From Chiloscyllium plagiosum (lineage: Eukaryota): a stretch of 64,000 nucleotides of DNA. Below the pieces are notes generated by a model that was not told where the DNA came from, made no database searches, and was given only the letters and a program-made list of their open reading frames with translations. The stretch spans positions 1,463,167 to 1,527,166 of the forward strand of contig NC_057751.1 in NCBI RefSeq assembly GCF_004010195.1. Reading direction: 5' to 3'. The translations under genes and the position numbers were made by a program. Below are positions 37,555 through 49,500 of the stretch, in pieces. Position 1 is the first letter of the stretch; each line of letters begins with the position of its first letter.

Positions 37555-40500
37555 CTGTTGTCAGGGGTGATACCAAGAGAAAGGTTCATGATTAAACAAG
37601 GAACACCTGACCAGACGTCACTGCTCCTGGGAGGAGAATACCCCGAAGGTACACATTGGGAACTGGAGATGGAGGAAAGCCATGTCGAGTGCAGCCAACG
37701 TTACAGCCCTCGAACCTGCTTCCTCATTCGAGAAGGTCAGGACAAATATTCCATGGGAATATTCGGAATCCAGACACTTCCCCACACAGGGTGGAACACC
37801 CTCAACATGTCAGCACTCATCAGCTGCACTTCACATACACCTCAAAAGGTTCACAATTCTCCAAGTGAAGGTGGTTCTCTCTCCGTGTCAAAGGTCAATC
37901 GGTTGGTGACGAGATTGGAACCCACCCTCCAAATGATGGAGCCAGCTCTCGGGATCCATTCTGTCAAACCCTCCCAGAATGAGAGATCACCCACCATGAT
38001 TCCAGTCCGGGGGCTTATGGCGTTAGCTCTCTCCCATTGGGGAAAGACTGCACTTGGTGCTTTGTGCTGGGTCCCCTGTATATGCAAGTGAGAGGCAGGA
38101 CAATTTGGAGACAGGACAGACTCTTCTGATGATGCAATTACTCCATTCCAAGGAATGCTCATGTGAACTGGGGTTTGTCAGAGGGACTAGCAAGTGCAGA
38201 GACAAAAGGATACACACGAGAAGAATAGCAGTGCTCTGGTTCTAACAGAACCTGGGCGATCTCAGCTGACAGACAATGAGCAAGGTTCTCTCCACATGAG
38301 AACAGCTTTCCCTTTCACCGTTATTAAACACACCCTGGAAATAAAGACAAGTTTTGGACAACAGACAGTGCAATTGACAGTCCAAGGGAGGAAGGACAGG
38401 ATATTGTCAATAGGACAAGGCTGTTTCAGGGCTGTCAGAGGCTCACAGACCAGTGGGTGGGTGGGGGTGGTGCGGTGTGTATGTGTGTGTGTCTCTCTCG
38501 GGCTTATCAGGTCTGCTGTAATCCAAGTGAGAGACTCACAGACATGTGCTGTCCTCGAGATGGGAGAGGACTCCTACCCAATGCAGCTGAAAACCAACTG
38601 GCTGGGAAGTCAGAGATGTGACTAAATGCTGCTCAGAGTGGAAACAGTGCGCTCCAGTGAGCAGGAGGTAACAGGAGTGTCTGCTTGGAGGTGATGCTGA
38701 GACTATTCACAGAGCAAAGGACCTGTTTAGCTGAAACCACCTTCAGCTTTTATTCTGAAATATGTTGTCTCTCTGTGGGCTGCTTTCTAAACTTGGTCCC
38801 TCTCCAGAGGAATCGAAACAACTCGCAGCTCAAACCAGTCTTCATTCCTGAAAACGTACTGAGTTTGTCACTCCACGGTCAATGGGAAAGGAGACCAAAG
38901 GTACTGGGTCACCGATGGTTGGTACAGCTGCAGCAAGTCTGCCTTCCACACCATCATGTTCAACTTCACACTGACAAAGATCAGAGAACATTACAGCGCA
39001 GTACAGGCCCTTCGGCCCTCGATGTTGTGCTGTCCTGTGGAACCAATCTGAAGCCCATTGAACCTACACTATTCCATTCTCTTCCATATGTTTATCATTC
39101 ATATATCTATCCAATGACCATTTAAATGCCCTGAAAGTTGGCAAGTTCTGCTACTGTTGCAGGCAGTACCCCGACTACTCTGAGTAAAGAAACTACCTCT
39201 GACATCTGTCCTATATCTATCACCCCTCAATTTCAAGGCTATGCCCCCTCATGCTAGCCATCACCATCTGAGGATAAAGGCTCTCCCTGTCCACCCTATC
39301 TAACCCTTTGATTATCTTGTGTGTCTCTATTAAGTCAACTCTCAACCTTCTTCTCTCTAACAAAAACAGCTTCAAGTCCCTCAGCCTTTCCTCGTAAGAC
39401 CTTCCCTCCATACCAGGCAAATCTGGAATAGTGTAGGTTAGATGGGCTTCAGATTGGTATGACAGGTCGGCGCAACATCGAGGGCTGAAGGGCCTGTACT
39501 GTGCTGTAATGTTCTATGTCCTAAATCTCCTGGTAAATTTCTTCTGAACCCTTTCCAAACCTTCCACATCCTTCTGAGATTGCAGTGACCAGAAATGTAC
39601 ACAATATTCCAAGTGCGGCCGCACCAGAGTTTTGAGCATAACCTGATGGCTCCGAAACTCAATCCCTCTCCCAATAAAAGCTAACACACCACAGGCCTTC
39701 TTAACAACCCTGTCAACCTGGGTGGCAACTTTCAAGGATCTGTGTACCTGGACACCGAGATCTCTCTGCTCATCTACACTACCAAGAATCTTACCATTAG
39801 CCCAGTACTTTGCATTCCGGTTACTCTTTCCGAAGTGAATCACCTCACACTTTTCCACATTAAACTCCACATCCACCTCTCAGTCCAGCTCTGCAGCTTA
39901 TCTACGTCCCTCTGTAACCTACAACATCCTTCATCACTATCCACAACTCTACCGATCTTAAAGATAGCTGCGAATTTACTAACCCATCCTTCTACACCCT
40001 CATCGAGGTCATTTATAAAAATGACAAACAGCAGTGGACCCAAAACAGATCCTTGCCACACACCACTAGTAACTGAACTCCAGATAGAGCCATCACCTAC
40101 CTCTCAGGCAGGAAAGAGCAGATTTTTCAGATTAGATTCCCTTACAGTGTAGAAACAGGCCCTTGGGCCCAACCAGTCCACACCAACCCTCCGAAGAGTA
40201 ACCCACCCAAACCCATTTCCTGACATACTCCCCTAACTGATGCATGTAACACTATTGCCAAATTAGCATGGTCAATCCACCAGACCTGCACACTTTTTCT
40301 TAAGACTGTGGGAGGAAACTGGAGCACGCGGAGGAAACTCACGCAGACACAGGGAGAATGTGAAAACTCCACACAGACAGTCACCTGAGGCTGGGATTGA
40401 ACCCAGGTCTCTGGCACTGTGAGGCAGCAGTGCTAATCATTGAGGCACATGATGGAGGAAGATCAGCTGAGAGGATGCAGACACACACTTACCACCAATG

Positions 40501-43500
40501 TTCGCAGACAGAGTGTGCCGGCTGGGGAGCGAGGGTCTAAAGCAGCAATTAGGTCCCAGACTTTTATCTTCCTGGAAAATCAAACAGACTCCATCAACAC
40601 AAAGACACACATCATCTTGCAGTTTGTCATTTTCACATCACTGAGGCAGGAACAGCCTCAAAAATGTGTTGCTGGAAAAGCGCAGGTCAGGCAGCATCAA
40701 AGGAGCAGGAGAAGCGACGTTTCGGCATAAGCCCTTCTTCAGTCATTCCTGAAGAAGAGCTTATGCCCGAAACATCAATTCTCCTTCCCCTTTGACGCTG
40801 CCTGACCTGCTGCGCTTTTCCAGCAACACATTTTTAAGCTCTGATCCCCAGCATCTGCAGTCCTCACTTTCTCCCAAGAACAGCCTCAGCCTCACACTCC
40901 CCACATAAACCTGCAGCCTGTTGGGCTGTGGAAAGTACTGGAGCCATGCTAGTGATCGGAAAATTACAGAAGCAACAAAGGGACTGGGTATTGTCCCTTT
41001 CAGTTGACACGACTGGAAAACACAAGTTGGAAGCTGGAGTATGGGGAGAAAAAGTAGCCAGTGATTTATTTTCCTCTGGATCGGAAGGCCACGTCTTCCT
41101 GGAGCAGGGAAACGGATACTTGCTCAGACAGTCCAACCAGGAGATTGGATATTTAACTGGGATTGGCTAGGCTGCTGTTTTATCACAAATGTGAGATGTT
41201 CAGACTCCTCCAGACACGCAGCAGCTCTCACCGTTTTAAACGGGGAGTCAAAAATAAACAGGAGGCATGAAAGAAAGATAGATTCCTCTCAAAATAAAAT
41301 GCTCTAACTCCATCCAATCAGCACACAAATCAATAAGCACTTAGCACACAATGTCATGGTCAATATACTTCGAAACCAAAAGGACCCTGCACCTGCTCTG
41401 GACTTTAACTACAGAATGGGGTTGGCCCTCAGTTCTCCAACCTGTAACACTGTTGTTAACATAGGCTTGTAGCCTGTCTTATGTTAGAATGAATATATGC
41501 ATTTCAACTTTTCAATGGATTTAGCTCATTCCGCACACTAGTAAATTAAAAAGCCATTTGTTGGCAAGTTGTGAAAGAATATGATTGTTTACAACAAATG
41601 GAATGATTTGCTCAGAGTGATTAAACTCAGCCTGAATGATTTTTTTTTTGTCCTGCATAGAAGACTGTCAGATAAGTGGAGAAATGTGGTGGTTTCACTG
41701 GCATTTCAAACACTGGGTCTTTATTATCAACACTCGCTCCCCAATAATCACTCATCCACTTGGAACACTTCATCACATATTCAATCCACTCTGCTGTTAG
41801 GGCCGCACTGTCCGAGGGTCAGCGCTGAGGGAAGGGCCGCACTGTCCGAGGGTCAGCGCTGAGGGAAGGGCCGCACTGTCTACTGAGGGAGTGCTGCACT
41901 GTCGGAGGGACAGTACTGAGGGAGTGCTGCACTGTCGGAGGGACAGTACTGAGGGAGTGCTGCACTGTCGGAGGGACAGTACTGAGGGAGTGCTGCACTG
42001 TCGGAGGGACAGTACTGAGGGAGTGCTGCACTGTCGGAGGGACAGTACTGAGGGAGTGCTGCACTGTCGGAGGGACAGTACTGAGGGAGTGCTGCACTGT
42101 CGGAGGGACAGTACTGAGGGAGTGCTGCACTGTCGGAGGGACAGTACTGAGGGAGTGCTGCACTGTCGGAGGGACAGTACTGAGGGAGTGCTGCACTGTC
42201 GGAGGGACAGAACTGAGGGAGTGCTGCACTGTCGGAGGGACAGTACTGAGGGAGTGCTGCACTGTCAGAGGGACTGTACTGAGGGAGTGCTGCACTGTCA
42301 CAGTGAACATTACTGAAAAGAACAACAGCTCCTCCTTGTCTGTTGTACCCATTTAACAATATCTCGTCGACTCGGAGTGTGGTCTGAACCCACTTGTCTC
42401 TCTTTGGGATGGCCTGACAGCACACCCACACCATGGGGGACAGCTGGTCATTCTCAGATAATTGTGACTGTACTTCCAAACCTCTCCCGTTGGGCTGCGG
42501 TCCATCCCTACTCCTCTGGATGTCGGAGAGAGAGAGTGAAGGAATGAAAGGGAAGGAGTGAACCTTGGTGCTTACCCGTCATAGGCTCCACTAACTATTC
42601 GCTTGTTGTCAAAACGAATACACCGAACGAGTTCCTCATGACCCTCAAGAACCCGCAGACACGCTCCACACTCAATGTCCCACAACCTGCAGACACCGGG
42701 CCAAGATTCCAAATGTTAGCAACTCTCGCAGGGAAGGGCAGCTCTCTCTCTCTCTGTGTCCTCCCAACCCCCCCCTTCTTTAAACCTGTCCCTTCAAACA
42801 CACCTCAAAGTCTGAGCTGTTTCATTAGACGTCTCAGTCAGTTTTGTTTGACAATGCTCCTATGGAGCATCTTGAGACCTTTTCTGATTTTGAAGGTGCT
42901 ATGTAAATGCAAACTCTGAGTGTTGCAATGCGCAGCCGTTGGTTGGGGGTGGGGGGGTGAGGTGAAGTGAAGAAGGAAGCGTGTAACTGCTTTCCAAGTC
43001 ACACCGCAGTTCAGCAGCCTGCACGAACACCTCCATCTCAGAGGGATTCAAATCCCACCTCAGTACAGGGGAGCACGGGTGGGGGGGGGGGAATAACAGA
43101 CATCACAAACAGGCTCAATGTTCAAATCGATTCAAAACCGAAGGAAAAGATACACATCCAATTGGTAACAATCTGATTGTGAGAATGTGTATCGGGTATG
43201 AGCAGGTAGGGAAAGAGTTAGGGTCTGAGTTTTGTGAAACAAGAGATTCAGCTGAGCATGACTCAGATCAGATAAAAACTTGCAGTTAACAATGGGATGC
43301 TGGAGGCAAGGGTAATGGGTTAACAAGGTGGACAAGCAGTCATTATGTAGAGCCATTTAACAATATTGGAAGGATTCAGTATACAAGGTTAGTTTAACAA
43401 GGTGAAAAGTATTCATTATGCTGAGCTGGTTAAGGTTAAGAACATTCATTGTGTAACCTTTGATATTGATACTTGCTGATTATAATGGGTCACCCAATCA

Positions 43501-46500
43501 ATATATACAGTGTCTTATCTGGATGGTCCTCCCTGTAAAATGACTGTCTCTTTCATTAAGAACCTACTGTTCCAGAGACCGGGAACCCAGGTCTCTGTGC
43601 ACACAGGTGATCGTTCTCTCTCCCTTCAGGGCCCGGAATAAAGACAGACGTAAAACCATACTGTGTCTGAGAGTGGTTTGCTTTGACTGAGGGTGAAAGC
43701 AGGACGATATAGTGAACATGAGTGTATGAATGGGGAATGATGTTTGGTCAACTTGTTAGAGGGTTTTTGAAGATGTTACAAACAATATTGATACAGGAGA
43801 GCTCTTGTATGTGGTATACATAGATTTACAGAAAGTTTTTCTACAATCCTCCATAGGAGGCTAGTTAGAAGAATGAAAGCTCATCAATTAAAGGTAATTA
43901 CTGGTATAGATGAATAACTGGCTTGTAGGCAGAAAACAGAAAGGAGGAGTAAATGAGTAATTTTCATGTTGGCAGGCTGGGACCAGTCGGGTACCACAAG
44001 GATCAGTAGTTGGGGTCCCAGTTATTCACAGTGATTTGAGGAGGGGATCAAATGTCATATTTCTGAATTTGCAGATGATCCAAACCTCAGGAGGGTGGAG
44101 TGTTGGGAAGATGATGGAAAGTGGCTTCAGGCTAAGTGAAGGGCAAGAACACAGCAGTGGGATATCACGGGGTAAACATGTGGATTGGGGACAGTAGTTT
44201 GCCATTCTTTCAGACAACCCATGGTGAGCTGTGAGAGACATACCGGATTGTGTTGTCAGAGGATCCACTGACCACTAGCCTGTCCCTGTACTGCAGGCAG
44301 GCAATCCCTCGCTTATGGCCATTCAGTGTTCGGACAAACTCACAGGAGCCAGTGTTCCACACCTAGGGAGGGAGGGAGAGGCATGGTGGGAGATCAGCCA
44401 AACCAGTTTACAACAAGACAAACAGCAACTGCACACTGCTTCAAACAGCAGGAAGGAACCCTACAGTCAGAAGGAATATTCATTCGGAGCTTGGGGTGGT
44501 TCTGAGAAACCGGAACATGATCAGATGGCAGCTGATGGTGAACGGGGTGGGGGTGGTTTGCTAATATTGCCTGCCGTTCTGAGGGACTGGAGAATGGATA
44601 CAGAGACAGTGAGAGAACACACCAGGCATTCCTCAGGCAAGTCTCTGCCCAGAAACCTGAGCATCGAATCCAGGTCAACAATCCCAATGCTGCGGGACAG
44701 CACAGCTGGGTGCTGGGGTGCATTCGGCCCTGCCAGCAATGCTATCTCACACCAGCTATGGCACAGTAAAAGCCTGCGCAGGAACGGAGAGTTAGCCTGG
44801 TCTCCTGAGCCAATATTAGTTTGGGAATTAAAACCACACCAAGTGTCCCTCTGGTTTTGATCTCATGACCAGTTTGGCCAGGCTGGATGGCTGTGGTTTT
44901 CACTTGAACAGGAGTGACAAACAGGAGAACTCTCTGCATTTTAACGATAGCAGTGTTTAACCATCATTCTCAGGCAATGGGCCATTGACTTCAGCTGCTT
45001 TGATAGAGACAGAGATCAACACCAGCCTGTGGGCTTGGCAAATGGACCACTCAACAAGACAGAGTACTTTCCAAATTCCAAGGGTATATCCATGGAACTC
45101 TCCCCAATGGGGAAAGGCTGGAAAACCTGAGTGATCAGTCCATGCCTGGAGCAGAGGGCTGGACAGAGCAGAATTCCTGAAGCTCCTGTACTCAGTCAGT
45201 GGCTGAGACACAGCCAAGTGTTGGTGAGTGTGCAGCGGTCAGATCATACAGTGTCGAGACAGAGTCATGAAACCAGGATGGGGAAATGGACCAGCACAGA
45301 CAGAGCACAACAAGCAAGCTCTTATCGTTCAAAGCAACAAAACACAACGGGGGGGGGGGGGAAAGGAATAGGATAGACGGACACTGAAAGGAAGGAACGA
45401 TTGAACGCAACTTACTTTGATTGTGCGATCTCCTGAAGCAGATACAATGTACTTATCATCAAAATCGACCACGTTTACAGCTGCCCTGTGACCAACCAGG
45501 ACCCGGCGTAAGGTAATGTCCGTGGACGTGCTCATATCCCACACGGCAATGGATCGATCCTTGGAGCAGGTGACCATCATCCCGTTGGTGAAACGGAGAT
45601 GCAGCACTGCCTCACAGTGATGGATCAGTGTGTTTAACATCTCACCTGTACCAACATCCCACACTCTGCAAACACACAGCACCCATAGTCAACCAGAGGC
45701 AACCTCAGGGGGAGAGAGAACGAGAGAGAGAACGAGAGAGAGAACGAGAGAGAGAACGAGAGAGAGAACGAGAGAGAGAACGAGAGAGAGAACGAGAGAG
45801 AGAACGAGAGAGAGAACGAGAGAGAGAACGAGAGAGAGAACGAGAGAGAGAACGAGAGAGAGAACGAGAACGAGAGAACGAGAATACGAGCGTGAGAGGA
45901 GGAGGTGGGGAGGGAACGGGGAGATGGAGAAATACAGTGTCCCAGTGGTTGAAACGCATGATCTTTCAGCTCAGCAGCCTGGCAACGACAGGATGAGCCA
46001 GTGTGCTGAGTGCACCCTCAGTGCTGGCAAGCAGCGAGAATCCGAGGAATAGGACCACTGGAAATAACTGCAGCACCCTGGGCCAAGATTTAGATTACTT
46101 ACAGTGTGGAAACAGGCCCTTCGGCCCAACAAGTCCACACCGACCCACCGAAGAGCAACCCACCCAGACCCATTCCCCTACATTTACCCCTTACCTAACA
46201 CTACGGGCAATTTAGCATGGCCAATTCATCTGTCCTGCACATCTTTGGACTGTGGGAGGAAACTGGAGCACCCGGAGGAAACCCACGCAGACACGGGGAG
46301 AATGTGCAAACTCCACGCAGTCAGTCGCCTGAGACGGGTCTCTGGCACTGTGAGGCAGCAGTGCTAACCACTGTGTCACCCCAACACCACCATCCACTGA
46401 AAACACTGACCCACATTCAACTCAACTCGCCCAGTGATCAGAAACCTGACTACGAGGAAGTGACGGAGCGAGGGGATGGGAGATGGTGGGGGGGGGGGGG

Positions 46501-49500
46501 GGGAAACAGGAGACGGGGGCTGGAGTGAGGGACTCTCTATCAACACCTAACGCAATCTGTGTGCAGCAGCAATGCGTAATGTGGGACTGTCCACATACCT
46601 GACTGTGGAGTCTGAGGAGCCAGTGATAATCACTTTGTCGTCATACTGCAGACACAGTACGGAGCCAGTATGCCCTGTCAGAACATTCTTACATTCCAGT
46701 GTGTTCTTCTCCCAAATCTGAGGAGGAAACAGGGGGAGATAACAATGTGCTTTACCATTACAGTGTCCTGTCTGCTTTCCCATCTCACTGGCTGTGCAGC
46801 GAGGCTGCTGACAGACTGCATTCAGGCGATCAGGAAAAGCTGCCACCACCCCACCCCACCCCACCCCTTCCCTCACTGGTGCCCTTACCTTGATAGTGTT
46901 GTCTCGTAAACCGCTGATAATTTTCTGATCATCGTACTGTAAACAATAAACACCTTTGCTGGTTTCACTGTGGCAGTGGATGCGGTGTAAGCCATGGTGA
47001 CCACACCTCCAGTTGGATTCAATGGTCTGAAACAAGACACAGTCTGCTTTGGGATATGCTGACATCACTCTGCACAATCACAGACCTGTCGCTTGGCCAT
47101 TCCCCCCCAGACTGTTCAATCCCTAACTCCGTGCACTGCTGACCATCCCATCAGTAACTCAGAACATGAGCACTCACTCTATCGGTCTCTCTCTCTCTCT
47201 GTCCTTAACCCTTGCCCATCCTGGTGCGTGTTATTTTGGCAGGTTTTCAGCATCCCCAGCATTTCACTTTTCTGACCCTTGCTGGCTGCCCCTGTCGATT
47301 CTATTACCTTCAAACTAAACACCGGTTCCTTTCCCCCCATACATGACTGTCACAAATGACTTTCTGCAAAAATCCTCCCCCACCCCACTCCACACATACA
47401 CAGGCCATTTGAGAATGAACAGAAGTGAGAGATGGAGATCTGGAGAAGGGACATGAACGGCCATGCGAAAGAACGATGCTCCTGACTCGAGCCCAGCAAC
47501 ACCCAGCCCTGAGCGGGTGTGTCTCTTTCTCACTGCTGACTTGGCCCACTGGGGCTTCACACTCCATTCCAGAAGTATGGACAATGCCGGTGCAGGATTG
47601 AGTGAATGCTGCTGTGTTGGAGGTGGGATCCTCTGCAGAAAGTCTCATCCTTGAACCAACAGGACAGATGGTTGGCCATCACTCTGTCAGCTACCTGTGG
47701 AGATCAGGCTGGGGTTGAGTGTACTGCAGCTGCTTGAACTAGACTAACACCCCCAGCATCGCGCTGTCTGTACACAAACAGGGACATGAAAACATCTCCC
47801 TCCTTCCAACAAAGCTCAGCCCTCTCAGCTCAGAGTGAGGACATTACAGCCTCTTACCTCAATGTCCTGTATAATCTGGGGATAGAGCGATCTGTAGAAG
47901 GAGTCTGGAGGGGAGATCCCATCAGAGGGCTTGTTTTTGAACAGATACTGGATCCTGCAAGATTCAACACAAATCCATCAGCATTAACACAGCCACACGA
48001 AAATCTGTGCACCTTGGATGCGAAGGGGTGACAGGAAGCAGCTCTCCAGTGGGTTTGAACCACAGTGTAACAGGTTGGTTTTACTGAAGACCCAGGCCAG
48101 AGCATACCTGGAACCGTGAAGCACAGAAATCCCAGCTCACAGCAGCTTCAGACTGAACTGTTCTGGTGCACAGGAGTTTGAAGGCTGACTTTATAAGGAG
48201 GGGTAACCGCATCCACACGGTCTGTCCCTATAGCTGCGGCTTCTGGACTGGCAGCATCTGCTGCCTCACAGTGGAAACGAGCTCCCCCAACCCAGCTCAA
48301 GGGGCTTTCAGAGATAGCTCTTGCTGGGGCTTCTGGGTAGCACTGGGAACCCTGACACTGTCTCAACTCTAACCCGGCCCCAACCCCGACCCTGACTCTA
48401 ACACGGCCTCAACCCGACCCTGACCCAAACCCTATCCGTGACCCTGACCCTGAGCGGACTCCAAGGGGACTGCAGGGATCCCGATACAGTGAATCCTCAC
48501 CCAAATTTAACTCCACACACACATGGACGACAGCCTCTGCTTTAAACCCCCTTTCTAGCCCTGCCCCAGAGTCAGGACAGTGAGCTGACCCTCTGCAGGT
48601 GGTGTTGGAGGCCTTACAACGTATTAAGGTAGATAAATCCCTGGGACCTGATGAATTAAATCCCGGGACTTTGTGGGAAGTGAAGGAGGAAATAGCGGGA
48701 CCCATGGTAGAGATATTTCTATCATCGACAGCCACGGGTCAGGTGTGTGAGGACTGGAGGCTGGGTCATTATTTAAGAAAGGCTGCAGGGAATTTCCTGG
48801 GAACTAGAGCCCGGTGAGTTGAATGTCCGTGGTGTGGAGTTGATGAAAGGGATTCTTGGAGACAGGATCTACAGGCATTTGGAAAGGCAAGGACTCATTT
48901 GGGATAGTCAGTACGGCTTTGTACGGGGGCAATCGAGTCTCACAAACTGGATTGAGTTTTTTGAAGGGGTGACTATGACAGTAGATGAGGGCAGTGTGGT
49001 AGATATTGTCTACATGCACTTTAGCAAGGCCTTGACAAGGTACTGCATGTTTAGTTGTTGAGAAAGGTTACATCTCACGGGATCCAGGGAGAGCTAGCCA
49101 ATCGGATACAAAACGGGCTTGCTGGTACGAGACAGAGAGTGATGGTAGAGAGTCGTTTTTCAAACTGGAGGCCTGAGATCAGCAGTGTGCCATAGGGATC
49201 AGTGCTGGGTCCACTGTTATTCACCAGTGATAGAAATGGTTTAGATGGGAATGTAGGAGGTCCAGTTAGTAAGTTTATGGATGACACCAAGATTGGCGCC
49301 ATAGTGGACAGTGAAGGTGGTTATCTGGAAATAGAGTGAGATCTCTACCAGGCAGCTGAGGAAAGGACAGATGGCGTTTCATTGCGATAAATACAAGGTG
49401 TTGCATTTTGGAAAGGCTGGACAATGTTGGGTCATTATTTAAGAAAGGCTGCAGGGAATTTCCTGGGAACTAGAGCCCGGTGAGTTGAATGTCTGTGGTG

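Noticed and set aside
41819-42479. Long periodic ORFs / CRISPR-like look
   Set aside because: Pure 33-bp tandem repeat with no unique spacers, in eukaryotic intronic DNA.
45628-46052. ER-rich and RS-rich ORFs
   Set aside because: Translations of a GA microsatellite.
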